Below are positions 40,059 to 53,235 of a stretch of DNA of 64,000 bases, piece by piece (the first letter of the stretch is position 1; the number at the start of each line of letters is the position of its first letter). Source of the stretch: Octopus vulgaris (Eukaryota). The stretch is taken from contig OX597821.1 of NCBI GenBank assembly GCA_951406725.2, forward strand, positions 49,166,001-49,230,000, written 5' to 3'. The position numbers and the translations under genes were made by a program. Under the pieces are notes generated by a model. It was not told the origin of the DNA. It ran no database searches and worked only from the letters and a program-made list of their open reading frames with translations.

Positions 40059-42503
40059 CCAGAACAATCAAATCAATAATACATGTCAAATAAACTTTAT
40101 TTTCATTTACTACGTTATCTCAATAACCAGCTATAGTTATTTCAAATACACTTCTCTACAACGACCAGGTTCCATTAGAAAATGATAATAGTTTCACACT
40201 TTCAATTTGAACCAAAATTACAGTGTTGCATTACGAGAGTGACGATGTGTGAATAAAGAAAGTAATGTTTCTCCGAATTGGTCGCATGTGTGTTATAATA
40301 AAGAAAGCTGCTTATTATCTATCTACCAAATAAACTATATTTTTGACTCAACAACTCTTTTTTTTACAACTAAAATAACCTCGGCAACTAGGTGAGTCGC
40401 ACAATTTTGAGGTCATTTTTCAGACAATATTTTGATTTACTTCTAATTATCACGTTCGTCCGATGTTTCACACATGCATAGAATTCTACTCAGATAAACA
40501 TTTATGAAAATGTACACATAAATTTTGTACTAAAATAAGCCACGACCAAGAAAATTACATTAAAACACATCCATTTTTCTATATGTTATGGGGAAATAAG
40601 CCTCTCTCTATCTATCTTTCTCATACACACACACGCATACACACATACACACACACACAAAAGATGTATGCATATGTATTTATGGGCGAAGGTCAAGAAT
40701 ACGCGCTCCCGGTGTTTAGGGTTAGGGTTATACTGAAAACGGGTGGTGTGCGTATTCTTTACCTCCGCCTATTTATGTATGTGTATATGAAAGATAATGT
40801 GCATGTGTGAAAGAGAGAGACAGAGAGAAGGAACAAGTGAGTACCACTTGCACATACATGCAAAATAATTCATACATCACTACACACACCTTCACTCACT
40901 CTCTTTTTCTCTTTCTTTCTCTTTCACACACACACACACACACACACACGTCCATTTCATATACACTGACATCTTACACTTTCTCCTCTCACTTCAAAGC
41001 AAATGTCGCCTTTTCATTTTATCCTCTCTTTCAATTTTTGCTCTCTTCAAAGCATACAGAAATTAAAACAATTTTACGGAAATTAACAAACAATCATATG
41101 ATCTCATATATGTCGACTTGACAACTTTGCTTCTTCAAATGAAAGAATGCCATAAAATAACTTCCTTTCACACACACACACACATGTATACACACACTCT
41201 AAGTAAAACTTCTGTGCAAATTATGTTAATTCTTGCAGTGTGCACGTGCATATTTACAGCTCAAACCCAATTGAAATTATCTTTTTCTATTGTGTAATCT
41301 GTGCTTGTGATGAGCATACTTAAAAACCTGATCTTCAATATAAACTTAAAAGGAAGGTTTCCCAGAAATTCTGTCCTTTACCTCTTCTTTCTAGCATGTC
41401 CGAGGTGACATTCCCGTCACCTATTTTTTTTCTTTTTCCTAAATTTCTTCCGATTCCTTTGTATGTGATACAGGAGATTACGATTTCACCCACAAAACAC
41501 GTTCTCAATAATTTCTTTTTCTCCCTCTCCACACCTAATTCATTTTTTACTTTTTAAAAATTTTTTATTCTTGGTAATCCATGGAGAAAAAACAGAGAGT
41601 ACGAATCTTTAAGAATTTTACCCATCCTCTCACCACTTTCAAAAAGCTACACACTCCCAATGTTTCACTTTTAGCTTTTTGGAAAGCAGGGAAGTTTCTT
41701 CAGAAATAATGTCATTTACCTGTTGTTTCTAGCATGTTGGGTTTTCTGGTGGTGGTCAAGTATTTTTTAAGTCCACTATTTCAGTAAAATTCTATGCATG
41801 TAGGAAACATCAAACAAAAGTGAAAGAATGGGAGATTTTAGCTTTTTGAAATCTGGTAGGTGATGGGTGGGCGAGGTGGGGAAGAGTGTTTCTTTAAGAG
41901 AAATTAAACTATAAAAATATGTGTATATATATATATCCCAGATTCGTAATCTCTCTATTTTTCTATGTAGATACAAAAAGAAAACATGAAAAAGTTACAA
42001 ATTAAGAAATTGCGGTGAGGATAAAGGGAAATTAAAATTTTTGAAAACGTGATTTCTAGACAAAATCGTATTACCCCATCCCGCTTTTATACGATGAAAC
42101 AATACATAGTTCTTGATTCTTCTTAAGAACAGAAAGCACTTTCATGCAAACCCATGCAAATTGTACCCTCGCCCTTCACTATTAAACAAAAAATAACTTC
42201 CATTATTCCATTAGCTATATATATATAAAATGACATAGGGGTTGAAAATTCAACCCACCATGGGATAACATATATCCAATATATGGCCGAAACAGCTGTC
42301 AGATATGATATAATTATATATTATATTTTATATTTTATATTTCTATTTCCTTGTCTAATTATATTTACAATATATTTTGTATAATGCCTTTGCTGTTATG
42401 TAATGGTGTAATAAAGTATTGATTGGGTATCATCTGATGGTTGATGTTTGATTGATTTAAGTATGTTTCTCCATTTTCTAATTTTGTGTATATATATATA
42501 TAA

Positions 42504-42549
<46 letters not shown>

Positions 42550-43231
42550 ACTGTGTTGATTCTGCCCATAAGAAAGGAGCAAATAATACAATGTGCTTGT
42601 AGGTCATAACGCCGGGATGCATTGCTAGTGTGTGTGTGTGTATTATTTAGTCAAGGAATGAAAGCCCTTTAAGTGATGCAAGCATCCTGGTTATCCGGTT
42701 TATTCCAGCATACATTGAAACTCATAGGTATTACATACATTATGAATGAGAAAATGAAGAAAATAGAAAAAAATGACATACAGGCGTTATTTATTTAACG
42801 ACATTCAAATTTTTGAAGAGAAATTGCTGCTCGCAGGTGTTTCCATACCTAATCAATTCAATTACTGAAATAAAATTAAAATTCCCATATTTGAAACCAG
42901 TCAATTGGGTATTTCTTCTGGGAGAATTTCCAAAAGGAAGTTACATTACAACGTGTAGGCTAATCTACGACAAACTCAGATGTGTGTGTTTTCTTGAATG
43001 CAAGCATTCCTTAGAAAGCCATTATTACCATATATTTATAAATACATGTAAATAAATTGATTGGATATGGAAACAGTAGTAGGCAGGTATTTTTCTACAA
43101 AGATTTGAATGTGTTTCTGCCCCGACATCCGAAACTCGTAGTTTTATCATGGCTACCGAATAATTGTCACATAAATACCTCTGCATAATATCGAAGTCTC
43201 TTTTATTCTTTTGTTGTCTTGCCATTTCTAT

Positions 43232-43265
<34 letters not shown>

Positions 43266-43817
43266 CTCGTTTTACCCCTCTGCGAGGTTATTTTATTTTA
43301 ATTCTCTCGCAGGAAGGCCTAGTATTAACGAGTCGTGTCCTGTCTTGCCTTCGAAGCACGCTTAAGTCTACTAGCGACAGCTGATAATTGGGGATTTTCC
43401 TTGTGTAGCTTGTCCTGTACCTTTTTTCTGTTGTAAATAATGTTTTTCCCGTTTTCGTTCTCGTCCTGTTCCACGTCTCTGTCTTTCTGTTGTAAAAAAA
43501 TGGCTTTTCCGTTTTCGTTTCTGTTGAGTTCTACGTCTTTTTGTGGTGTCCTGTATTTACGTATATATATTTATATATGCATGTATATATAGATGTAGAT
43601 GTAGGTACGTACATATATGTTTGTATGTATACATATATTTTATTTATTACACTATTGTATGACAGCGCTTCGCGTCGGGTTCGTTCGATTCTTCGCTTCG
43701 TTCCGTTTCTTATCCTCCCAGTATTGTTTTATTATATCTATCTATCTATCTATCTATCTCTCTCTCTCTCTATATATATATATGCATACATATATATATA
43801 TAAATAGATATATATGT

Positions 43818-43858
<41 letters not shown>

Positions 43859-44592
43859 CATACACATATACGTGTGTGTGCGTGTGTGTATATGTATGTG
43901 TGTGTGTGTCAGTGTGTGTATATCACCCTGTTTAGATCTCTTACGTTTTCTTTCACATTTTCTCTGGTTTTTCTTATTTTTTCTTTATTTACAACTTCTT
44001 TTTATTCAATATTCCTCTGCCTGCTCCTTAAATATGCACCCCCCTCTCTCTCTCTCTCCCTCCTGCCCTTTCTTTCTCTCTATCTCCCTCTCCTTCACCT
44101 CACCTTTTTCTCATTCATCACCATTTTCCATTCCTGCTTCCCCCACCACTTTATCATGCTACTTAACTTACCCTGCCATGTGCTTCATTCTACTGCTCGT
44201 CCCACCCTAACCCTACCCACCACAATCACTACTGCTACTATCATGAACACCTACAACATGAACATTGCTGCTAAGACAGCTATTTCCAACATCACTGCAA
44301 CCACCACTAACCATTATTAACCATCAACACCACTATCGCTGGGCCACGTTACCATCAGCCCTTTTACCACCACCAACATCACTATCGACAACAACACTAT
44401 TACCTACTGATACCACTACTGCCACCACACCACCACCAAACACCGACATCACCACACCACCATCACATGCCGACACCACCACCACCACTATTACCACCAC
44501 TACCACCATCACTACCACTACCATCATCTCCATTATTCAAACTCCATTTGACATTCATACCTTGCATTATGGTATAGTTTTACTCTTTATAT

Positions 44593-44811
44593 CAGTGCTT
44601 TTCAACATTTTTGCTGGAGCAGAACCCCAAGGAAACATTCCACTGGCTTGAGGAACCCCTGTGCAATAATTTAATAGTCTTATGCACACATACCTGCACA
44701 GGAGAATTAAAAATTACTTCCGATTTTGGCAGTTTTGTAACTTCTTGCGGAACCCCTGGACTGTACTGGTGGAACCCTAAGGTTCCACGGAACACTGGTT
44801 GAAAACCACTG
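44593..44811. mobile_element. hAT (Charlie-like) MITE
   Basis: TIRs cagtgcttttcaac / gttgaaaaccactg, with a perfect 8-bp TSD ctttatat on both sides. Confidence 0.93.
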
Positions 44812-45282
44812 CTTTATATCTTCACAGGTGCCTGTACATGTGTACATGTGCATGCACATATATATGTATGTGTATGATTATAACTGTGTGTGTGATTATA
44901 ACTGCATGTGTGGTGGTTATGTATATATGTGTGAATGTATGTGCATGTCTAAGTATATGAATCTATGTGTATGGCATGTATTTGTGGGAGTATATATGTG
45001 CATGTGTACATGTGTGTATGTGCATGTGTATATGTGTGCATGTATGAATGAGTATGCGTACAGAGGTATGATCATGCCTATGTGCGTGTGTGTGAATGGT
45101 TATATGTATGTGTTTATGTATGTATATTTGTGTGTGTGTGTAAGAGTAGATATATATGCATGTTTATCAATGTATGTGAATGGATATAAGCTGAAGTGTA
45201 TATTTGTTTGTGTACATATACGCATGGGATAGGGTGTGCATGAGTATGTGTGTATAAGTGTATATGTATATATGTATGTATG

Positions 45283-45315
<33 letters not shown>

Positions 45316-45467
45316 TATTAGGGAAGTTATTTCCGAGTCCTACTTTTATTCCACATTTCTGTTCATTATGTACTAAAGTAAAATTATTCCAACAACTGCT
45401 AGTTATATGATTTTAGTTTGTCATGTCTTAATATACGATGTAAATAGCAAAAGAAGTTCATATAAGA

Positions 45468-45575
45468 TAGACCTGAAGATTGACAATATAATCGTTTTAA
45501 TATGGTATTGTATAGAGACATTCTATTTCAGCAATATCGAGGAATATTATGTTGTGATGAAACGTGTGTAGTCTA
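45468..45575 (+). ncRNA. Candidate type I hammerhead ribozyme
   Basis: tagac-CTGAAGA-[long stem II acaatataat/attatgttgt]-GAAAC-gtgt-GTA-gtcta. Lies inside a 45310-45752 element bounded by TA arrays. Confidence 0.6.
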
Positions 45576-45751
45576 GATAATGTAAAGTATATGATTTGTA
45601 ATAAGAATTGAAGGTATTAATTTTGATAATTTGGAATAAGAATCGTAGGTATTAATTTTGATAATTTTAATATTTAGTCCTCTATGTACATATTGTGGAT
45701 AATGTCATTCAATGATGATTGAGTTGCTTGAGGGTGATTCTGTCTCTTAAA

Positions 45752-45802
<51 letters not shown>

Positions 45803-45803
45803 A

Positions 45804-48800
45804 CTAGCAAATGCACTCGTCCTTTGGACAGTGTAATTTATTATAACGGTGCACACCTGTGGACGGTTTCAGTTGAATTAGCCCGCAGTTAGAAGTCGTT
45901 TCAAGTTGATATGTGCAAAATGTATAATTACCATTTTCGTTAGCAGTTTATGATATGGTATTAAGCAACTTAGGTAATGAATAAATTTTTCTGAATACAA
46001 ATTTGGCAGTTAGTGACAAATGAAAGTCCATGAAATAAGATCGCAATTGCAGTAGGTATTAGGAACCCTATATCTTACTTGAAGCGTTTTGTATCATGTA
46101 CCTATTTTTCTCGTAATACCTGACAACCGCGTTGAAGCTTTTTTTCAATGAAAGTCATGTATAATAAAGAAAAGCAAACATTTATAGCAAACACACAAAT
46201 AGAAAAATGGAATGTACAAAAATAAATGCTAGAACATGCTTATTAGCAAACAGTGTGCATGAAGTAAGAAGGGTCATTGAAGGTAATGTACTCTTAACAG
46301 CAATGAAGCAAATGAAGAAATGAAGCAAAATATCAATGAAATTCTTGCAGGAAGTCTGATTGCTAACGGCTACAGTTTGGCGTAGATGTGAAGATTGCAA
46401 TAGAGGAATAAATACTGTAGGGCTGCTTTGTAGACGAAAGTTTTGGCTTTTCCTTCAGGAGCATAGATGAATAAGTTGTCTGGATGGTCAACTATGGAAC
46501 AACCGACGTAGAACTGTCCATGTGAAAAGCATGATGTTCGAAGGTCCAGTCCGACAACTTTCAGTGACTGACCTTGTATTTTATTAATTGTCATGGCGAA
46601 ACTGAATTTGAGAGGGAACTGAAGTCTCTGCATAGGGTAGGAGCAGTCTGTTGGTTTTAGTGGAATTTTCAGAATGAAAACAGTATCGTTTTTATCGTGT
46701 CCTGTGATAATTTGGGCTTCAAAGACGTGGTCCATCATTTGTTTGACCACAAGGCAAGCTCCATTGCATAGTGTGGGTGAGTTTAGATTGCATAGGAGGA
46801 TAACAGGGCAACCAACTTTTAAGTAAAGTTTATGGAGAAGGGGTGCTGGAGGATCTTAGGAGTTAAGAAATTCTGTTGGAAAGTGTGTAACCTGATCGGA
46901 GTTGGTAATGGTGTCAACTGATCTGTAACAACGTTCTTGAGAAGGTAGCTGACTGAGTAAGTCGTAGTTAAGAGTGTTGACAGCTGCATTTGTAGGTGTA
47001 AGAACAGTCCTATCACAAAGCCAATCTGGTTTTACGTATTCTGTTGTAAGATTTGAGTAAACAGCAGAACATAAGTCATCAGGGCTGGTGGTAGTGTCAA
47101 TAGTGGTAGTGTCAATGTATCCATTGTTGTCGGACGTAATTTATCCATTGCCGATTTTAAGGAGCATTTCTGAAAACTGGGTAATAGACTGACCAGTCTG
47201 TATGAATGATCTCATGTTGATGATGAGTTGTTTCGATAGGATATTCGACCAAAGGAGGGATTTTTTAAGGCAGGCATTAAGTTCAACAGCGGGTATAATA
47301 GACGGAGTTCGTCGAAAATCTCCTGCAAGAAGTAGAGTTTCCCCTCCAAGGATGTTGTTGTTCGATTCAAGATCTCTCATTGTGATGTCAAGTGCTTGTA
47401 GGGAACATTTATGGGACATAGGTGTTACATCCCAAACAATGAGTTTGCACTTCATCAACATTGTCGCTTCATCCGAGGAATGCATTATGTGGAACGCTGG
47501 GTTTCCTTGATGTGCTACATTGAAAGGCAATTTGAATGTAGCGTGTGCTGTTCATCCACCGTCAAGATGAGTCGAGGCTATTCCTGAGGAGGCAACTTCG
47601 CAAGAAGAAGATTCAGGAGGAACGTTTTTCCAGTTCCACCGGGTGCGTCTAAGAAGATGATTCCACCAATGTGTGTGTGTAGATGTCTGCGAGAACAAAA
47701 TTGTATATGTCAGCTTGATCAGAATTCAGAAGGGACTGGTTGTCAGCAATGTACTGTTTGAGTTTATGGATGTTGTTGGATGCTTCTCTGAGAATGAGGC
47801 GATTAGGACAGGTGTCTTCATTTCTGTCTGGATTGTTGAGAGAATAAGCATTCAATAGTTGACCTCCAATTGCTATAACCAAGTCTTCCAAGAGAAGAAA
47901 CCCTCTGTTGTAAATGGCAGGGGTAGTGTGAGCGTCAACGCTACCTGTGATTTAGCGAGTCTGCAGCAAAGTGTCATGGCACATTGAGTTTTTGTATTTA
48001 TTCCGAAGTGAATGTGTGTCTGTCAGGTTGCAGAAAACCAGCATTATTGCAAAAAGATGTTGGAGCTTGTGCGGAGAACGACACGGAGAGGCCTCTTCGA
48101 GTGCATTATCATATTGATAATCGATATCCAAAAGTCCCTGTTTGGAGTAGAAATCTTTGAAAATGCTGCATTAGTGGCCGTCCACTGTGTGAAAGTCGTT
48201 GAAGGAGGTCGGTCCCTTAATGACATAAGGTAAGAGCTGCAAACGGAAGCATTCGGAGTTCAAGGGGTGAACTGTGTAGGCAAGTCCGATTGCGTCGCCT
48301 TTCTACATGGCTGGATCCAACTGCGTAGGCCAGCTTTGTTTTTGTTGTTGCCACTTGGACGATGATTGATTCCATGTATAATAATGTGGCACTTCAGCGT
48401 ACAAAATAGACTTTTCGAAGGGGTTGACTTTGCATAGGTGAAAGAAGACTGTGAGAGTGGTCTTTGGCGGGGTAGCTGCTTCTTGAATGAGGTTGTCTTC
48501 TGTGAAGTAAATTCGCTACCCATTTTCCAAATGAAAGATGCGATGAATCACAGGAGGATATCGTTCATAAATTGGAAATCCTAAGGTTCTGCATATGGCT
48601 TCATTGTCCAGTTTCAAAAAGAATCACTTCATCATTTGTAAAATCTGCTGATCGTGTAGATTTTGTTTGAAAAATGGCTCAGTCTGATCCTTTGGTAATG
48701 TACTTGCATATGTAACGTATGGATTTGACAGAATTACAGAATTCTACGTTGATTTGTGCATGAAATGTTTTGCAGAGCATCTTATTGAGGGGTACGACCC

Positions 48801-49105
48801 ACCGATTGTCAAACAAAAAAGTGTAGCGGGAGTGGATACAAATGTAAACGAGTTAATCAATTTCTGAATGTTACTGCGCAAAGAGTTATCTTCCTTGTCC
48901 ACAATAGTCACAGTACATCAGAGATGGAGGTTTTTCTGACCCTTTCTCTTGAAGCCCCATCACTCCATATTACTGCATAAGTGAGAAATTTAAAGAGGGG
49001 AAACTATCTGTGGAACATAAGTGATGTATTTGCCAAGCGTGAATGAAATTGGATGAAAAATATTGATTTTACGTGGGATTGCCTAATGGTTAGTCACACA
49101 CACAA

Positions 49106-49179
<74 letters not shown>

Positions 49180-49215
49180 TCACACACACACAAACACACA
49201 TCTTCCATCTGATAT
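45804..49215 (-). mobile_element. Decayed Helitron with RepHel coding remnants
   Basis: DNRWVVP..INVEFCNSVKSIRYICKYITKGSD (~48690-48812); LDAPGGTGKTFL (~47620-47652); LLAGDFRR; QFPLKFSFAMTINKIQGQSL..FSHGQFYV. 3' hairpin and CTAG|T at 45804. Confidence 0.93.
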
Positions 49216-49384
49216 ATATATATATAATATAATATAAATTAGAGATAAAACCACTATTATGCAACTCAAACAGTGACAGACATAAACCAAAACATAAATA
49301 ACAAGTAATAAATATTTTTATAAAACATATAACTAGATCTCAAAAAGTATAAAAATGAATGATTAATATATAATAAGTAAAAAA

Positions 49385-49490
49385 AAAAACTATGTACGTT
49401 TCATGGCTACAATTAAATTCGAATTACAATTAAGTTTAAATTCAATTGAAATAAATTCGCTTTAAAATTATAGTCAATCTTCAGGTTTAT
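49385..49490 (-). ncRNA. Candidate hammerhead ribozyme, degenerate; same family as 45468
   Basis: Minus: aaac-CTGAAGA-ttgactataatt...aattgtagccat-GAAAC-gtac-ATA-gttt. Confidence 0.5.
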
Positions 49491-50009
49491 GATAATAGTT
49501 AAATAAATAAGTAAATAGAGTTAAACAATATTTATTTAAAAATAAATAAAATAATAATGTTTCTTATAGAAAAAACTCCATTAACTAAATTTGAAAACTA
49601 AAAACATTAGGATTATTTCCTACAACACATTTATTATGTTAAATATTTAATTTTTAAGGTAAAAAATAGATAGAAATGTGCATTTATCTTTGAAAAAGCA
49701 TAATAAACTATCGAATATCTTTAACTCAGTTATACTCCAATATTTAATTACCAAATTATTTAACAAAATAATCGCTATTAAAATTTTCAGATTTAAGTTC
49801 ACATCTAATAATTTTAAAATAATAGATACATAAAAATAAGTATCTAAATTATAATCAACAAATGTAGTAGTTAAAAATCTAAAATTTTCTCTATCAATAA
49901 ATATATAAACATATAACCAAAAATAAATTAGTCCATTATTACTTACATAAATATTATAAATATCTATAGAATATATTTATGAAATACAATTTAAAAAATG
50001 GAGTGGTTC

Positions 50010-50455
50010 TATACTGTCAACTTAACGTGACAGTCCCGTAAAGATAATCACACCACTGCTACTTAGCCCTTGGAAGCATCGACGCTTCCTGTCAGCTTTG
50101 ACACATTTCCTGTGTCCTTATATTTGCGAAGGGGAGACAAGCACCCCCAACAGATAGGCCAGCACCTAGAGACCTGCATGTTTCTGAGTCTTGCTTGTCA
50201 TCAGTCTAGAGAAGTATGGCCTACTAGTTGAAGATACTTGCCAAGCCTTCACAAATATATTTTCAGTGAAGTTTATTCACTGATCACCAAAATTAGAAAT
50301 ATTAAATTTCTAAATATCTCAGAGAGATATGAGCGGTGGTGGAATGATAAAGCGATTGTATACTGTCAACTTAACGTGACAGTTCCGTAAAGGGAATCAC
50401 ACCACCCCTATTTAGCCCTAGGAAGCATCGACGCTTCCTGTCAGCTTTGACACAT
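50010..50455. repeat. ~97-bp direct repeat with a 349-bp period, enclosing a hammerhead motif
   Basis: tatactgtcaacttaacgtgacag...ggaagcatcgacgcttcctgtcagctttgacacat starts at 50010 and again at 50359. Confidence 0.9.
50165..50210 (-). ncRNA. Candidate type I hammerhead ribozyme
   Basis: Minus: tctaga-CTGATGA-caagcaagactca-GAAAC-atgcag-GTC-tctagg. Core intact, 6-bp stem I, stem II partly mismatched. Confidence 0.65.
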
Positions 50456-50469
50456 GGCCTAACCATCTC

Positions 50470-51362
50470 ATCAAATACCTCTGCTGGCAACTAAGGGCCT
50501 CTCACTCAGGAAGAAAGGTAGACTGTATGATGCATGTGTATGAACTGCCATGCTACAGAGCAGTGAAACATGGGCCATGACTGCTGAGGACATGCATAGG
50601 CTTGAAAGAAAGGAAGCTAGTATGATCTGCTGGATGTGTAATGTCAGTGTGCATACATGACAGAGTGTGAGTGCCCTGAGAGAAAAGTTGGATGTAAGAA
50701 GCATCAGATGTGACGTGATGTGCAAAAGAGAGGAATGCGCTGGTATCATGATGTGCTATGTATAGATAAGGACAGCTGAGTGAGGAAGTGCCACACCCTA
50801 ACTGTGAAAGGAACCTTTGAAAGAGGTAGACCCAGGAAGAAATGAGATGAAGTGGTGAAGTATGACCTTCAAACGCTGGGCCTCACAGACGCAATGACAG
50901 GAGACCAAGACATTTGGAAATATGCTGTGATTGAGAAGACCCAACAACTAAAGTGAGATCGTAGCTTTGGCCGATACCAGTGTTGTATGTCCGGCCCATT
51001 TAAAAGTACCCTTGATGCATTGGGCAATATGATAAGCTTGAGAAGACCTGTTGAGTCAAGTAAAACCAAAATCATAGCTGTGACCAGTGCTCCCTGGCTG
51101 GCTCCTGTGCCGGTGGCACGTAAAAAGCACTATCCAAACGTGATCGATGCCAGGGCCACCTGGTTGGTTCCTGTGCCAGTGGCATGTAAAAAGCACCAAC
51201 TACACTCTTGGAGTGGGTAGTGTTAGGAAGGGCATCCAGCTGTAGAAATATTGCCAGATTAGAGTGGAGCCTGGTGCAGCCACTGGCTTTCCAGATGTCA
51301 GTCAAACCATCCAACCCATGCCTGTATGGAAAATGGACGTTAAACAATGATGATGATGATGA
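50470..51362 (+). mobile_element. RTE LINE 3' portion (RT C-terminus, 3'UTR, (GAT)n tail)
   Basis: KGRLYDACV..MLQSSETW..RGRPRK, then the tandem 3'UTR and ggacgttaaacaatgatgatgat. Confidence 0.88.
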
Positions 51363-51514
51363 TATATATATATATATATATGCATATATATACATCATGC
51401 ATACATACATATATATATATATATATATGCATGCATGCATATATATATATATATATGCATGCATGCATATATGTGTGTGTGTATGTATGTATTCATGCAT
51501 ATATCTATATCCGT

Positions 51515-51570
<56 letters not shown>

Positions 51571-52381
51571 ACACACACACATACACGCACATATATATAT
51601 ATATAGATGATAGGAAAACGGGTAAGTAGGGAAGAGAAAAATGTTGATGAGGAAGATGTGTGGAGGATAGAGCGAGAGTACGAGAAAGAAACATGAAAAA
51701 AAATAAAACAAAACCATGAAAAGTGAAGGGTTTTGAAGTGGAGGACTGCCTGAAGGTAATGTGTGATGTGTGATGAATAATTAGGCTGAATGCCAAGTAA
51801 GAATGAGATAAGCAGACAAGTTGTAAGGTGGTTCATAGTAAGAAGCTAACTCTATGAAACACTGTACAACCTAAATCTTTCCATATCTCCCAGCAGCTTC
51901 CAGTACTAACATGGTCCTTCTTAATGTATGTGTTACTGCACATTTTATTTATATATTTATTCGATTATTTATGTTTGCTTGTTGTTTCTGTTGTGTGGAT
52001 GGATGAAGGTTTTTTTTTGCTTTTTAATTTGTACTGGTACAATGATTGTTGTTGTTTGGTGGCAGGGAAGAATCTATCTTTAGTGTGGTACTGCAGACGT
52101 TTATTGTTAACTATAAAGGCAAGACTGTATGGTGAAAACGTTTCATTCCCAATCACATAATACTGGGCTTAGTCCCACTCTATAGCACCTTGGTTAAATG
52201 TTTCCTCCAAAGGCCTTGGTTTCACCAACACCATGTGAGTAGAATTTGGTAAGGGAAGCTATGTATGAGCACGTCAGATATATGTGGGAAAGTTTTGTAT
52301 GTATTTGTGTGTGTATGCATTTGTACAAGTACATGTGTAATTGTATATGTAAGTACATGAATGCATTTGTGTGCATGTATA

Positions 52382-52414
<33 letters not shown>

Positions 52415-52605
52415 ATATCATTCACCACTCAGTGTGTATCGTTCACCAACTGATGCTTTTTAAGTTCTTTGCAGTATTTGTTCTCAATCTAGTTACAAAT
52501 ACTCTCTTTTCACTCTCTTTATTAAAAAGGCATTGAACCAGTGATTGATTCTGTAATTAATGACTCTGTTGCCAACCAAGGCTTTCATAAAATAACTGGA
52601 TGTTA

Positions 52606-52728
52606 TGAGGGGTGTATGAAAAGTTTTGAGCCTGAAAAAACAAAACATGGTACAAAACTTCTGATGAAGGCACAAGACATTAAGGCTCAAAGGCCTTGAA
52701 GAATCAAAACTTTTCATACACCCCCTCG
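52606..52728. mobile_element. mariner-derived MITE
   Basis: TA|tgaggggtgtatgaaaagttttga ... tcaaaacttttcatacaccccctcg|TA. Confidence 0.88.
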
Positions 52729-53235
52729 TATGTGTGGCAAGGTGGGAAGTAAGGTGAACATAAATTTTATGCTGACCAAGAACATTAAAAAGGAAATGTT
52801 AAATCAAGTACAGAGCACAATAAACATATTAATTTATAATATATCATTGGTGCTATAAAAATAGTAATTTTTTATCTTGGAGATGCTTCATTCTTGGAAG
52901 TTTTTAGTAAAAGTCTAACCTGGCTGGTTAGGAAAATATGAGCAACTAATTAATGTATTGCTCTCTCCCTTTCTCTCTCTCTCTCTCTCTCGCTTTCTAT
53001 CTCACTCTCTCCCTATCTGTCTGTCTGTCTGTCTATCTATCTAGCTAGCTTTCTTTCTTTCTTTGCCTATGCTCTTGAATCAACAACTTTCTTGTTCACT
53101 CTTTCTTGAATCAACTGCAAAGTTTTTGTTATTATTATTCATATGTTAATTAGTCAATGAATCTAGGATTTCTCCATTTCTTTGAATATCTAATTGCGAA
53201 GACCACACGTAATTTTCATTTCATTTCAATTTCAG

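Noticed and set aside
44265-44651. Thr/Pro-rich mucin-like ORF
   Set aside because: Degenerate (ACC)n repeat running into a hAT MITE, with no splice or coding support.
52660-52702. ctgatga..gaag hammerhead-like motif in the mariner MITE
   Set aside because: Lacks GAAAC, stem III and the cleavage triplet.
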